This document shows positions 1 through 14,745 of a stretch of 64,000 nt of DNA, piece after piece. The DNA is taken from NCBI GenBank assembly GCA_951406725.2, contig OX597820.1, positions 41,354,001-41,418,000 on the forward strand, written 5' to 3'. Position 1 is the stretch's first letter, and the number at the start of each line of letters is the position of its first letter. The notes under the pieces were generated by a model, which was not told the DNA's origin, made no database searches, and saw nothing but the letters and a program-made list of their open reading frames with translations. Origin of the DNA: Octopus vulgaris. Its lineage: Eukaryota. A program made the position numbers and the translations under genes.

Positions 1-16
1 TAAAAGGAAGTAAAGG

Positions 17-47
<31 letters not shown>

Positions 48-254
48 TGTATGTATGTTTGTATGTATATATGTACATATGTATGCATATATGTATGGCT
101 GTGTGTGTATGTATATACATATATGTGCGTGCGTGTGTGTGCATACATACATATATGCATCCATGCATACGCATATATATACGCACACAAACACACACAC
201 ACACACACATATATATACACACATAAACAAAAATAGAAATGATAAGGAATATAA

Positions 255-305
<51 letters not shown>

Positions 306-1095
306 TACGTATACATAAAAATCTATATACATAAACACGTATATACAAAGATGCGTACATACACAAGCACGCACACGAGACCCATACAGACACACGCACG
401 CACACGAGACCCATACAGACACACGCACACATACACATATGGAAGAGAGATAGAGAGAGGGAAAGAGAAAATGAGAGAGTGAGATAGGGGTGTAGAAGTG
501 AGAACAGACGTGAAGGAAAAGAAGGAAGAATTAACTTTCAGAAGAGAAAGAGAGAATAAGAAAACAAGATCTAAACAATAAAAAAAATAAACAGAAAATA
601 AAACAAAATAGTAAACAAGGTAACACAAGCAAACAAGATAGCCATGCTAGAAAGAAAAGAAGGAAGGAAGGAAGGAAGGAAGAAAGAATGAAAGAAAAGA
701 CGAAAGAAAGAAAGAAAGAAAGAGGCAAAGAATAAAAAAAATGGTAAAGAACTAAAACAGGTTTTATCTGCGAATCTGTGAAAGACAGAGGGATCAAGAA
801 AGTTAGAGCAAAATAGAGCAAAAACTGAAGGATGTATTTTCCAGAGAATATCTGAGTCGGTGGAACATCCGTCAAAGTCGCTGACTGGGCTCAGATGGGA
901 TTGGGGATAAAGACAAGTAATGTGCAGGGAGTTAAGGTTTTGAGTCTGCATTACGCAGAGCACATACATTCTCATACAGATACATACATACATACATAAA
1001 TATAAACACACACACACACATATATATATATAAACATATATATATAAAAATTATATATATATATATATATACATATAAGCATATATATATTATAT

Positions 1096-1186
<91 letters not shown>

Positions 1187-1332
1187 TATACATATATGTA
1201 TGTATGTATTTGTGTATGTTTTTATGTATGCATATAAACTTATACATATATTTGTGTGTGCATTTGATGAATATAAATGTATATACATACACATAGATAC
1301 ACAGGCAAACACACACACACACACACACACAC

Positions 1333-1382
<50 letters not shown>

Positions 1383-1597
1383 ATGTATGTATGTATATAT
1401 ATTTATTTATATATATGCATACATATGGAGAGTAATATATGGGCTGGTGATGATGTCGGACTGTGAAATAAGATAGAAGAGGACGGCATCGGCTGCTCAT
1501 TTTGAATTCAAAGACCTGAGGTGAATTTCGTGCATAGGTTATAAGCTTCAACTTGTCTCTTGATGAGAAAGCAATGTTTACTTCAATACGTGTGTGT

Positions 1598-1654
<57 letters not shown>

Positions 1655-1813
1655 GAAACGGGGTTTTAGCTTGTGTGTGTGTGTTTGTGAGATACGAGGT
1701 TTTAGTCGTATAATATATGTGTATATGTCGATATATTGCTGTGTGTAAGAGAGATAGATAAATGAAGAGAGAATGAAGGGGAGGAGAGAGAAAGAAAATA
1801 AAGGGCAAGAAAC

Positions 1814-1858
<45 letters not shown>

Positions 1859-2083
1859 AAGAGTCAGAGAAACTGTTTGTCAGTAAGCAATGTGCATCTG
1901 ACAGGAATGGATTTAGCACATATGCATATTCATGTTTATATATGTCTGCCAGTCTGCCTGTATGTGTGCATACATGTATATATCCGTGTATTTATAAATG
2001 TGTGTGTGTGTGTGTGTGTGTTTGTATGTATGGATATGCATGCGTGCGTTTGCGTGTGTGTGTATGTGTGTGTGTGCGTGCGT

Positions 2084-2122
<39 letters not shown>

Positions 2123-4302
2123 CGTGCACGGATGCATGTATGTGTGTGTGTGTATAGTCACACAGGAATATATGGTATGCGTCAGTGTATGTGTATGAAT
2201 GTATTTATGTACACTTAACAATTTTCCCTTTGCTTACTACTGCTTCTGCGAACACACACACACACACATACACACACATACACACACGCGTGCACGCACT
2301 CATACGTACACACACACACATGCACAGTACTTACATACGCAAACACATGTAAACACAAGCACACACGTGCACCCATACACGTACACACAGGGACATGTAT
2401 GTGCACGTATGTGCGTACACGCGCTGAATATACTCACAGAAATGCATATTTAACAACTATTGAGTTCTCTAAATTCAGGCTCATTCACACACACACACAC
2501 GCACACATACACACAGCCCAATTATCCCGACTGCCTGTAGCACAAACAACACTGGTATGATGACGAAGACGAGACAACTACGACGACGACGACGATGTTG
2601 ATGACGATGATGATGATTTGCCGGTATAGATTCATTTAGAGAAAACGTACGTATGAATGCTGTTATTATTGTTGTTGTTACTGTTCAAAGACAGTTCAAC
2701 CATGACCAGGCTAACTTTTTAAGCGTATCCATGTTTACCATTCCCCTAACATATCTTACTGCTTTTTTTTTTAATCGTATGTCATTCGAAGGAAATCTCT
2801 AACTGATCGTGTGGCCAAGAAAAGGTTCCCATTTTATGAATAACGATTTTATAAAGCAGAGTCATTTCATTTGTATTTGTTGTATTTATTTTCCCCACTC
2901 TTTTATCAGTTCACCTCCCTGATTTCCCTGATATATGAAAAGAAAAAATGCACTTGTATCATTTTGTTGTTTGGTTTTTTCTTTTAATTTTTCAGCCAGG
3001 AAGTAAGAAAGAACCAGGGAATCCATTTACAGGGATATCAAAATAGGTGAGAGGTGGGTAAGGTATCTTGAAATCGAAGAGTTCAATCGAATGCAACAGA
3101 ATGAACTCCACTAAAAGATCTCAAAGTTCCGGGTAGCGTTGTTAAATCGGGTGAGGGATTAAATTTGCCTTATAGTCTTATATTTAGCATCCTTAAAAAC
3201 CAACATTTAACAAATAAATTTTATAAAACGTGCGAATGAAAAAAAAAAGAATTTTTCAACCTCAAAAAATAATTACCCACTGGAATCCTGATAATTCTCC
3301 CGTGAGGGAAATTTCTTTTCGGTAAAGAATTGTTGTTCTAGACGTTTTACGGTTCTGAAGATATATATATAACTTGAGCAAAATGTCTAGTGGAATTTCG
3401 GTGAAGAAGCACAATAACGATGGCAAAGCGGAATTTTGCTAGTTGGTGTTAGACTCGGATTGTTAGTTCATACTAACCAAAGCTGCCGTGTTAATGATTG
3501 AGGAAAGTGACTTATGAAAAGGCACGGTTTGTGTACATGTTGGAGTTGTGTGTAAAGACTTATACACCAGGCAGTTCTTTTTAATGTGCTGTAGAATATT
3601 TGTATGTGCAACAGTCGCTGTGACTCAGATATGCGGACCGTTGTCTAGTGTTGAACACAAACTTGCCTCTTGAATAGGTCAATTGTTATTAAGATCTCAT
3701 GTCATTAGTTTCTAATACAGAGGACTTCGATCAGTTCGAAATTTCAACTATGTTAAAATAGGGGTCGTTATGTTGAGACATGCAGCGTGGACAGTTTTAG
3801 ACTATGCAGTTATGTCTACAATGAAACATGTGGTTGCCGACAGAAGTCCCCAGGGATTATAAAGCCTTGCATTATGAAATCCGTTCGATAATTTTCAGCT
3901 TTCTGATGTCCATGAATAGTGACTAAGTGGCTATGATACTAGTTGTCTTTATACTTATAGTGACTGTGTTTAGGTTGCTGCACCAGAAACCAGCTTGTCA
4001 CTTCTGCTTTGAGGGTGTTATAAACGTTTCTCTTTCGTTCTTTCTCTCTTTCTCTCTTTCGTTCTTTCTCTCTTTCTCTCTTTCTCTCTTTCTCTCTTTC
4101 TTTCTTTCTTTCTTTCTTTCATTCTTTCTTTCTTTCTTTCTTTCGTTTGTACAAGAAAGCAATAGTGCTGGTGTTACGTGACGATGAGCAACAATAATGG
4201 CCGAGTTCGAAAGGTTATGAGGCAAGGATACACACACACTCACACACACACACATACATTCTTCATACATAAGCACACGAATATATATGTGGTGTGTAAA
4301 CA

Positions 4303-4345
<43 letters not shown>

Positions 4346-4499
4346 TATACACACGCACAGATACACTCATATGTATGTGAATAAGCTAACGATAGGCAAG
4401 ACATGAAGTCCTAGTTAATTTGAACTTTACCAAAAATTTGATTCTATGCTAACTAGAGATACACTATTGGTCAATATCCAGCTGCTCTCCTTAAAGGCG

Positions 4500-5251
4500 C
4501 TTTAACATAATTTTAACCTCTCTGTAGCACAGATTGGACTTGGACTCTGTAGTGCATGCGCACTAAATTTTACCATTCAAGATCATTTCCGCTGTTTACA
4601 GCAGTGGTTGGGATTAACCCGTGTAGCGTGTGTTCGTCGCATTGACCATGACAGAGGAAGCTGAGCGGAGAATCTGCATCAAATTTTGCCAAAGGCTTAG
4701 CGATACCTGCTCAAAGGCCTATACAAAGGTTTCGAAAAGTTTTCATCGTTTTCGACCCAAACAAGATTTTGTGCAACTGAATCCCGAGTGTCTCTTTCAT
4801 CAGCTGTAACTAATCTGCACATCTTCTGATGACTCACGGATGGTGATTCGATGATTTCCCCTCACGGCTGCACGCACATCTGCAATGTTTTTCGCAGTTC
4901 TGCTGGTTGCAGGTCTCCCAGAACCATCGTCCCTATCGACATTTTTCACTCATCTTGGAAATGACTGAACCACTGGAATACTTGTGTGCGGTTTGTACAC
5001 TTTCTGCAGTTTTGTGTAGGCCTCTGAGCAGGTATCACCATGACAACATTCTCTGTCATCATCAATGCGATGATCACACGTTGTACACATTACTTCGAAG
5101 CACTGCTGTAAACAGCGGAAGAGAGCTACATTAAAACTTAGTGTACATGCACAGCAGAGACCAAGGTATAAACTGTGTCAAGTGGCTTACCCCTGCGTGC
5201 TTTAGCTTCGTTACTATGACAACAGTCCGGATACTTATTGATTAGACCTCG
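4500..5251. mobile_element. Mariner relic made of two inverted 5' halves
   Basis: Plus strand MTEEAERRICIKFC...DTCSKAYTK (~4648-4735). Minus strand DTCSEAYTKLQKVY..RTQVFQWFSHF...SGRPATSRT...RITIRE (~5040-4800). TIR-like cagtccggatacttattgattagacctcg followed by TA at 5252-5253. Confidence 0.7.
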
Positions 5252-5265
5252 TATATGCGTATATG

Positions 5266-5555
5266 TGGAGGCGCAATGGCCCAGTGGTTAGGGCAGCGGA
5301 CTCGCGGTTTCGATTCCCAGACCAGGCGTTGTGAGTGTTTATTGAGCGAAAACACCTAAAGCTCCACGAGGCTCCGGCAGGGGATGGTGGTGATCCCTGC
5401 TGTACTCTTTCGCTACAACTTTCTCTCACTCTTTCTTCTGTTGGCCTGCTCGCTTAGCCAGCGGGTCGGCGTCATTTGAAGGTTAGTGCGAAGCGCATGT
5501 GACCAGCGATGTATAGCAACATCTGATAGCCTGGTCGATCACGGTGATCACGGTG
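5266..5555 (+). mobile_element. tRNA-derived SINE family C
   Basis: A box tggcccagtgg and B box ggtttcgattccc, followed by a non-tRNA body and a (gatcacggt) repeat tail. Confidence 0.75.
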
Positions 5556-5779
5556 ATATGCGTATATGTGTGTGTTTGTATGAATACACACATGCACACA
5601 CGCGCGCACGCACACACACGCTCACACACACACACACACGCAGACAGACACACACACACGTACAAACACACGCATATATGAGACGGAGAGGATATGCAGG
5701 ACGTACTGCATACTGCAATAAAATGTTTTTAAAATGGCGACACAGAATAACACAGGCTTCGCAGTTTATATTCTAATCT

Positions 5780-7260
5780 CAAGCGAACCTTACACTGAAA
5801 GGAAGTTCATTGCAACCGTGTTAGATCGGAATGCAAAGCGTTAAATTAAGAGGGAAAACTCTCTTATTCATAATGTATGATGCTAAGGATTTGATTGTTG
5901 TATAGAATATCTTGGATTCAGCTACATTCTGTTTATTCAGTTTTTGACTGAAGTTCCTGTAAATATCTGCAACATTTGTTCCACAACAGTTTAAAACCTA
6001 CTGAAATCAAGATCAAATATCAGGTTATTGAAGCATGTTGATTCTATATATAAATACTCAAGCATATCATAGCAATGTCTTATGTATATCTGAATAAGGT
6101 TCTTGTCAAAAAGAATTCCCTAGCACGTAGTTTAAGTAAACAGATATATACCTTTCCTTAGAAAAACTGTTATATGTCCCTCCTCCGTAAATAGTTGACA
6201 ATATATTTCAAAGTATAAACAACACTCGAAATCAAACAGATGATCAAAACATTCAAGTTCCGTATTGAACAAAACAGACGTTCGTGTGTCTGTATGTGTT
6301 TGTGTGTGAATGTGTGTGTGTACACACATACACACACACACACACACCTACACACACTTATATATATAGAGAGAGTGAGAGAGTAGATATAGATATTCAT
6401 ACGTACTTACATACAAACGTACATATTACATATATACATACATACACACTCATACATACATGCATATATACAGACATACATGCATGCATACACAAATGCA
6501 TGCATGTATCATTTATGAATCAGGTCTAATATAGAGACGGAGTCTCTTCATGCAAATGCTCTCAGTCCATGGTTTGCAATTAGTGCACTGTGGCGGAAAT
6601 ACCACAGATGTACCAAACGGCCAAAGTCAATAATTCAAGCTGTTGTAATTCACTACTGTAACAATGGTTTGTGCTGTAATCAATGAAATCTCCACTGGTA
6701 ACAGTTTCTCTCTCTTGGTGTGTCAGCCTATAGCAACAGCAGAGTTGTCTCCCGTGTAGGATGCTTATCCATGCACGAAAAGTTTTTAGTCTTTGATCAA
6801 GTATATAAGCGTCTTCCAGTTTCTTTCCTTTCGTTTTACAGTTAATTATCATATATCATTGTCAAGTCGTTCAAAATAATTCATTATTGATCTATCACGT
6901 GCATGTATAATTTTAGCTTTTATCAGCCTTAAAGTGTTAGATTTTCAGTTAGGAAGGGATGTGCTACATGATTGTTTCCTTCATACATATCTCGAATGTA
7001 AATGTTTTCTTAAAGTATGGTTGTAACGTGCAAAATCATGGCTGTTTTTCGCCATACAGTTCTCTTCTCTTCCATTCCTTGTGTCAATGTTGCCGCTTAT
7101 CTCCAACTCAGCATTCTAGATGTGACAATCCAGTCTTTCCAGACATATACTATAGGATTCAATGTACACTTTATTCTTCTAATCAATCTCGGAGAAATTT
7201 CACTGCTATTTCTAGCAGTCGAGTGACCTAGTATTTCGATCTAACAAATATTTCGAGCGT
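5780..7260 (-). mobile_element. Highly decayed LINE reverse-transcriptase relic
   Basis: Minus-strand remnants resembling QCGFR (~6600) and LRYADDIAL (LFRYT*DIAMI, ~6080), in the expected order. Interrupted by microsatellite. Confidence 0.4.
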
Positions 7261-7266
7261 TATTAG

Positions 7267-7475
<209 letters not shown>

Positions 7476-7563
7476 ATATTTATACTGTGAAATTTGATTT
7501 AATCCTAAATCTAATTTTTTCCTATAAGTTTGGATATGCTCCCTAATATTATATATATATTTA

Positions 7564-7775
7564 AGGCGACAAGCTGGCAGAAATAGATAGCACTCCGGAC
7601 AAAATACTTAACGACATTTCATCTGTCTTTGTGTTCTGATTTCAAAAGCCGCCGGTGTTGACTCTGCCTTTCATCCTTTCGGGGTGGTTGAGATAGGTAC
7701 CAGTTGAGCACTGCGGTCTCAAAGTAATCCACGAATCCCTTTCCCCCAAAATTTGAGGCGTTATGCCTATAGGAT
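7564..7775 (+). mobile_element. SINE family A, older copy
   Basis: aagctggcagaaatagatagcac...gcctttcatcctttcgggg...gtaccagttgagcactg. Confidence 0.75.
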
Positions 7776-8091
7776 TAACAATTATATTTTGTAAGAATTA
7801 AGGCTCCCCATTTTGATGAGAGTCACACAAGCTCCTGTTGTGTTTGTATCTTTCTTAAGCGCCTATTAACAATATAAAGGATTCTATAATCACTTTAATG
7901 AAGACCGGCTCAACGGCTCCTGGTCTTACGGTAATTTCACTGAGTCTAGACATACACGTGTGTATGTGTGTGTGCGTTTGTATGTTAACCTACATGTGTT
8001 TATTTGTCTCCTTCTAACTTCATCTTGTATTCATATAAATACTTCATCACTCTCTCTACTTACTCCCACTTATTCCATAATCTTTTTTCCT

Positions 8092-8129
<38 letters not shown>

Positions 8130-8177
8130 GTCTCTGTCTATTTCTCCCTGACTCATTCATAGTTTCTCACTTTCTGT

Positions 8178-8223
<46 letters not shown>

Positions 8224-8248
8224 GTTGCTGCTGCTGCTGCTGCTGCTG

Positions 8249-8298
<50 letters not shown>

Positions 8299-9072
8299 GC
8301 TACCACTTCTTTTATTGCTCTTCTCTCTTCTCGACTACGTGTATTTTTTACATTTTCTCATTTATCGTCAAACACAGAGACTTACATTCATACACACATA
8401 CACGCACATATATACACATACATACATACATACATACATACATACATAAATACATACATACATACATACATACATACATACATACATACATACATACATA
8501 CATACACACTGCTACACTCTTCTTCTTCTCTTCTCTTCTCTCTCTCTCTGCCACCTCCTCTCCCGCCTTCTGGCTATCGTAGACAACACCCACTTCTCGT
8601 CTGTTTTCCACAGTTTCCAACACATCACTGACTAGAAAGAAAACTTTCCCATTTTCCTGTCAAGTTAAATTCTCATTCTTTTGTTGTCATTTTTCTTTTT
8701 GCAAAATTTTTCTTTTTATTTTCCCCTTTCTCTTGCATCAAAGGTGCATTTGATGTTGATATTGTTATTGCTGTTACCGGCTCGAGGTGCATTTGTAGGG
8801 TGTCATTGGTGACTCCAGTAGATATCGGCAGTGTGTAAGGTGGAGGGGGGGGGAAGAGTTTTCATTTGGTGGCAGTGAGAGTGTAGACGTAGCTGGTAAG
8901 ACGAAGGGGACGACGGCGGCGGCGGCGGCGGCGGTAGCGGTGGTGGTAGTGGTATTGATGGATGGAGATAGTGTCATTGGCAGTGGTGTTTTGTGATGTT
9001 CCTTACTGACTATGATGAAGATGATGCTGAAGATGTCGATAGAGATAATGATGGAGATGATGATGGAGATAA

Positions 9073-9109
<37 letters not shown>

Positions 9110-9750
9110 AGTGGCAATGATGGCAGTATCGGTGGTGGTGGTGGTGGTGGTGGTGGTGGTGGTGGTGGTGGTGGTGGTGTTGGTGGTGGTGAAAGTGGTG
9201 CGGTGGCAATGTTAGTGGGGGGTTTGTTGGTTGCGTTGTTGCGGTGATAGTATTAGAGTAGTCGCTATTGTTTGTGGTAGCAGTAACAATGGTGATGGCA
9301 ATGCTTTTGTTTTTGTTGTTGTTGTTGGTGGCGGTGGTGGCGGTGGTGGTGGGGGGTGTATTGATGGGTGCAAGATGAGGTGATGGTGCTTGTGATTTGG
9401 ATAACGTTGATAAAATTGATCACGATGAGAATGACAATGACGATGATAACAACGACGACGACGATGATGTTGATGATAATGATGTTGCTAAGGACTTCTG
9501 CGACGATCAAGCTAATGGTAATACTGATAAATGTGGTGTTAGCGACGGTGCTCTTGATAGTATTGCTATTGTTGTTGTTGTTATTGTTGATAGTGGTGGT
9601 GGTGGTGGTGTTGGTGATAGTGGTGGGTGTCGCAGAGGTGTGATGATAATCTAGGTGAAGTTGATAAGAGGAAACTGACTGACACCTTTGCTTTGTCTTT
9701 TGTACAGTACGCAGTTACCTCCTTCCACTGAACTTAAGGAGAAACAAACA

Positions 9751-9823
<73 letters not shown>

Positions 9824-10357
9824 ATACACACACTCATGCACGCGCGCACGAACGTACAGATCCACATACGAAACACATACACACAACAAAACGCCAAACC
9901 ATAACTCGCCACACACACACACACACACACACATACACACACACATACACACACACATACACACACACAAACTGAACACATAGGCACGCGAGTAAACAAA
10001 CCATACAACACGAATAAAACCATCAACGTTAGCCCGCCTCGTTCCCCCACCACTACAACTATAACTACTACTGCTGCTGCTACTATGGCTGCTGCTGCTG
10101 CTGCTACACCCATTTGGAAAATTAACGAAGACATTTAGGGAAGGGAAATTCGTAAAGAATTATTTCATTATTGCATTTATCTAATTAATTACATTGTTCT
10201 TGCACTAGAATATATTTGGAGAATCATTGTTGTTGTTGCTTTTGTTTTTATTGCCGTTCTTATGTTGTTGTTGTTGTTGTTGTTATTGTTGCTTTTAATG
10301 ATGGTGATAAATATTGCTTTCCATCGTCATCATCATCCTCAAAGCAGCAGCAGTAGC

Positions 10358-10418
<61 letters not shown>

Positions 10419-10422
10419 ATAA

Positions 10423-10459
<37 letters not shown>

Positions 10460-10469
10460 TTTCCTACTA

Positions 10470-11180
10470 TAGTCAAAAGGCCTGAAATTTTTCGGAGCAG
10501 GGTCTTAGACGATTGCATCGACTCCGAAAGGATGAAAAGGAAAATCGTCCTCGGCCGAATGTGAACTCAAAAATGCTAAGGCATTCTTGTCTGGTGTGCT
10601 AACGATTCAGCCAGCACGTTGCTTTTGCAAGGTCAGCGCTAATAATAGCAATTTATACGCGACAAGAACCTAAAACGTTGAGATGACTGTAAGTGCGTAA
10701 GACAAAAGTGAACAACGAACTAGAAACAACAACGAATTCATATTGATTAAAAGGTCAATTAATATTGATTAATATGAACATTAGAGACGTTAATGAATAA
10801 TAACAATGATATTGGCTTCAAAGTTTGGCCCAAGACCAGTAAGTTTGCAGGGTAAGGTATGTCGATTACATCGATCCTAGTATGTAACTAGTACTTATTT
10901 TATCGACTCCGAAAAGATGAAGAAAAAAATTCGACTTTGCCAGAATTTGAACTCAGAACGTAAAGAAGGAGGGAATGTCGCTAAGCATTTTGTCCGGCGT
11001 TCTAATGAGTCTGCCAGCACGCCATCTTAAATAGCAACAATAAAATTGATTTCAAATTTTGGTACAAGGCCAGCAATTTCGGGAGATGGAGTAAGTTGAA
11101 TATATCGACCCTAGTTCGCAACTAGTAATTATATTATCGATCTCGGAAGGGTGAAAGGTAAAGCCGGCCCCGGCGCAATA
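10470..11180 (-). mobile_element. Cluster of three diverged family A SINEs
   Basis: Core remnants (atcgactccgaaaggatgaaa) near 10520, 10905 and 11140. Confidence 0.7.
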
Positions 11181-11299
11181 ACAATAATATTGAACAGTAT
11201 GATCTCAGGAAAGGATCATCAAAACAAGGGCAGGGGTCGAACACAGAGTGTTCCCATTCCCAATCTCGATTTATCCTGACACGCAAAATGGAAGTACCT

Positions 11300-12500
11300 T
11301 CTTATATTTCATGCTGCAAGCGTTGTCACAGTGTTAGTGCAGCCTTATTTAACCACAGCACTATTACCATTTCATCCACCTTTCATAAAACTTTATTTGA
11401 GAGCAGCACTGCCAACTCAACTGTCACTCATTGTTCAAGTAGTAATTAAAAAATGAAAAAGATGAAAATTGATGTGAGCTTGTCATGTGAGGAAAGGCTC
11501 TGTTCTCTGACCGTTCGACTGCGTCCATTGCACAACTACATTTGCCATAGCTTCCAGATAGGGAGAGAATATAAGTTCTTCGTTGCCGAAAGAAGACATT
11601 GGTCGATCATCACGACAGATTCGGTTGAAAGCCAAATCAAGTCCACAAGTGATAATATCTCTTCGACTTAAATCTAAGACCAGCAATGCACAGACACTAA
11701 CTGAGTGCGTAACGGACGATTTTGAAATATTGCACGTATCTCAGAAAAATTCAGTTGATGACAACGCTATTATGATTACGCGCATAGCGATTATTCCGAA
11801 CATACAAAAACCGTCTGTAGCACTTCTAGGCCAGGAGCTTCAAAATTGCCCCAAATCTCCGATTCGGAAAGTTCTCTTGAAGAGACTACTCAAACTTTTC
11901 TTTCACACAACCACTTTCAGATTAATATCAAAGCAACCATCTGCAGTAAGATCATGTAAACGGAGTCCATATATTTTTTCTCTATCATTGTCGAACTCAG
12001 CGAGTGTCAAGGTGTCATGAACCACAGCACGCGTAGATCTGTTTGGTGTGGACGTTAGAAGTAGATCGACATTATGACAAAACATGAAACGGAAAAACTC
12101 TTTTCTGGTCGTATATTTCATGTTACAAGAATTACAAAGAGGATATAGTACACTACTGAGAAGATGTAAACGTTTCCACCTGATGTTTCTGCCCATTTTT
12201 TAGAGAAAGAGTCGCCACCAGGCAAGTGGCATCTCTAGTTTTCACCCATCTGGAGGTCTTGCACCTCAAACAGATCTTCGATGCAACAGACCTTCAACCA
12301 GACCTTCACCGTGTCTCATGGAATTGCCCGTCGAAATCCCAAATTGTGAGCCCACCGACGTGTACCAGTCGATAAACGCTCTTGTTCCACTTGGTAGTTG
12401 TCCAGGATGCTGCCAGTCACTCCGATTTGCAAAGTGAATGTCTCTTTGACATTGTTATTGTATTCGCTTGCAGACATAGCTTTACTATGTAGTTCCAGTG
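11300..12500 (-). mobile_element. Highly decayed LINE RT relic (weak)
   Basis: Minus-strand LLSSVLYPLCNSC...FDNDREKI...PRSATDGF...NISKS resembles the LINE RT N-terminal motif order (LFN.C / NYRGI / PGRSTTD / D.SKAFD). Confidence 0.35.
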
Positions 12501-12531
12501 GGAAGAGTCACAACATCCCAAAGCTCTACAA

Positions 12532-12858
12532 CATAGGTTTTCAAAGTGGGTGCTACTGCCCTCCCGGTGGGCGTTGAGACGGTCCATGTGGGTGCTGGTA
12601 CCTAAGGGTGTGGTGGGGACAGGTAGAGAAAAAGGAGGCATTGGGAGGAAGGCAGTGGATTGGGAGACGCTATGAATTTATCATAATATTATTATAGTTT
12701 TGTGTACAAATTATATTATATAAATATTGAATGATTCATAATATATATAAATTAGTGAAATATCAAATATTTATTTACACATAATAATAGGGATGGAGGC
12801 GCTGAGACAATTATGTGGCCATGAGGGGGCGGTGGCCCAAAATGTTTGAGGACCTCTG
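12532..12858. mobile_element. hAT-type MITE, 327 bp
   Basis: Perfect 8-bp TSD ctctacaa (12524-12531, 12859-12866). Imperfect 14-bp TIRs cataggttttcaaa / tttgaggacctctg (11/14). Confidence 0.85.
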
Positions 12859-13049
12859 CTCTACAACAATGGGCCCAGCATCAAAACTGCAAAAGTATGA
12901 AGAAATAGCCATCTTTGACGGATCTAGCGCGCACTGCGAGACACTTGCGATTAATTTCCAGCGTCTTAAAACTTTAAGAGTCACAATAAACATTGCAAGA
13001 CGCTCTAGATATTCCACCAATGGACCATCCTAAAAATGAGATTGTGCTT

Positions 13050-13350
13050 CAAATTTTAGGAGTGGAGATAGTCGATTACATCGACCTCAGTACTCAAGTG
13101 GTACTGTATATTATCGACCCCGAAAAGATGAAAGGTAATGTCGTCCTTGGTAGGGATTGAACTTAGATTGTAAACAATCAGAGAAAATACTGCAAAGCAT
13201 TTTCCTGAAGCTCTAACGATTTTACCACCACGCCAATAATAATCTTAATGGTTTCAAATTTTGACACAAGGCCAGCAATTTGTGGGGATGGGCTTAGTTG
13301 ATTATATCGACCCAAGTTTCAGACGGATACTTTATGTTATCAACTCTTCA
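13050..13350 (-). mobile_element. Two diverged family A SINE pieces
   Basis: gtcgattacatcgacctcagtactc...ttatcgaccccgaaaagatgaaagg. Confidence 0.7.
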
Positions 13351-13430
13351 AAGATGAGAAGCAGCAACTCCTTTACCAACATCACACACACACCTCCTCC
13401 TCCTCCTCCTCCTCCTCCTCCTCCTCCTCC

Positions 13431-13488
<58 letters not shown>

Positions 13489-14711
13489 GTTTGTCATTAA
13501 CGTCCATAGTTTTCAAAGATTTGTGCAAGATTCATTTCTTTAGAAATCCGCCATATTTATCGTGTTTTTTTCTCCCCACCTCCGCTACTTATATTCGTTA
13601 TATTCTCATAGGTGTTACTATCGTTGTTCCTTTTTTTTTTCTATTGATGTTCTCGTTGCCATTGTTGTCGTAGTTCTTGTTGATGATGCTTCTATTGATA
13701 TTGTTGTTGTTGTTGGTGGTGCCGTTTCTCTTCATGTTGATAAGGCTGCTTCTTTTGATGTTGTTGTTGCTATGATTGATGTTATTGTGGCTATGATTGC
13801 TGTTGTTATTGTTTTTTTTTTCGCTACTTCTATATTGTTGGTGATATTTTTGTAGCCCCAGGCCAACCCTGATTGAGCAGGCCTAAGATCAAACGCATTC
13901 CAGCAATGACCATACCGTTGTTATTGCTAGGTTTGAAGAACTCAAGAATGTATTATCCAACCTGTCCTTTAAAAAAAAATCCAAACCATAAGACAAAAGG
14001 AAAAGATGTTTGGAGGCGTTTGAAAGAGATTTGGCTGCTAATTTTAGCATCTCTAGCGGCCGCCCAGAAGTTCCTTTGTTGGCTCATTGCTACTTTTATT
14101 CATGTTGGAGTTGTTGTAATAATAGTTGTTTTTGATGTTGCTATTGCAATTATTATTGCTGATTATAATTCTTGGCATTGCAAGTTGTTTACATGTATTG
14201 TTTCTGTAGATGGTAGCAATAGAAGTAGCTGAAATAGCAGTAATAACAACAATAGTAGTAGTGGTAGTGGTTGTTTTTGTTGATGTTGTTATTGGTATTG
14301 AAGCCGTTGTTGTTGTTGTTGTTGTTATTAGTAGTAGCGCTCTTGTTGTTCTTCTTCTTTTTCTTCTAAGCTGAGAATTCTAATGGAAGAATTTCAATTC
14401 TAAAATACATCAAAGCTATTTTTGAATTTTTATTTTGTCATATTTAGCAAAAATTGATTCCCCCCGCCACATTTCACCGCCCAAAAATTATTATCCCTCT
14501 ATCTGTGTTTCTCTGACTATATGTATCTCTGTCTTTCTTTTCCACTCTTTCATCTCTCTCTCTCTCTCTCTCTCTCGGTCTCTTTATCTTCATCTTTTGT
14601 GTATATTTCTTTTTATTAAATTACATTTTCCACCATTTAGTTAATATATTCAAATACATCCCCCCCTCTCTCTCTCTATATATATATATACACACACACT
14701 CACACACACAC

Positions 14712-14745
<34 letters not shown>

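Noticed and set aside
770-960. Complex-sequence island as a possible exon (also 1425-1560)
   Set aside because: Short frames, no recognisable protein motif, and no convincing splice-site pair.
5266-5330. tRNA gene (also heads at 15456, 31670, 32755, 51949)
   Set aside because: A and B boxes are present but there is no full cloverleaf, and they continue into repeated SINE bodies.
8770-9654. Asp/Gly/His/Thr-rich ORFs as a possible NOL4 exon
   Set aside because: Degenerate trinucleotide repeats. The frames checked are interrupted by stops or are implausibly Ile/Val-rich, and no NOL4 motif or clear splice pair was found.
11483-12196. Helitron/PIF1 helicase or host gene in ORFs 11583-12020 and 11903-12196
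   Set aside because: No helicase motifs confirmed. The pattern fits a decayed LINE RT slightly better, and the region is adjacent to a MITE insertion.
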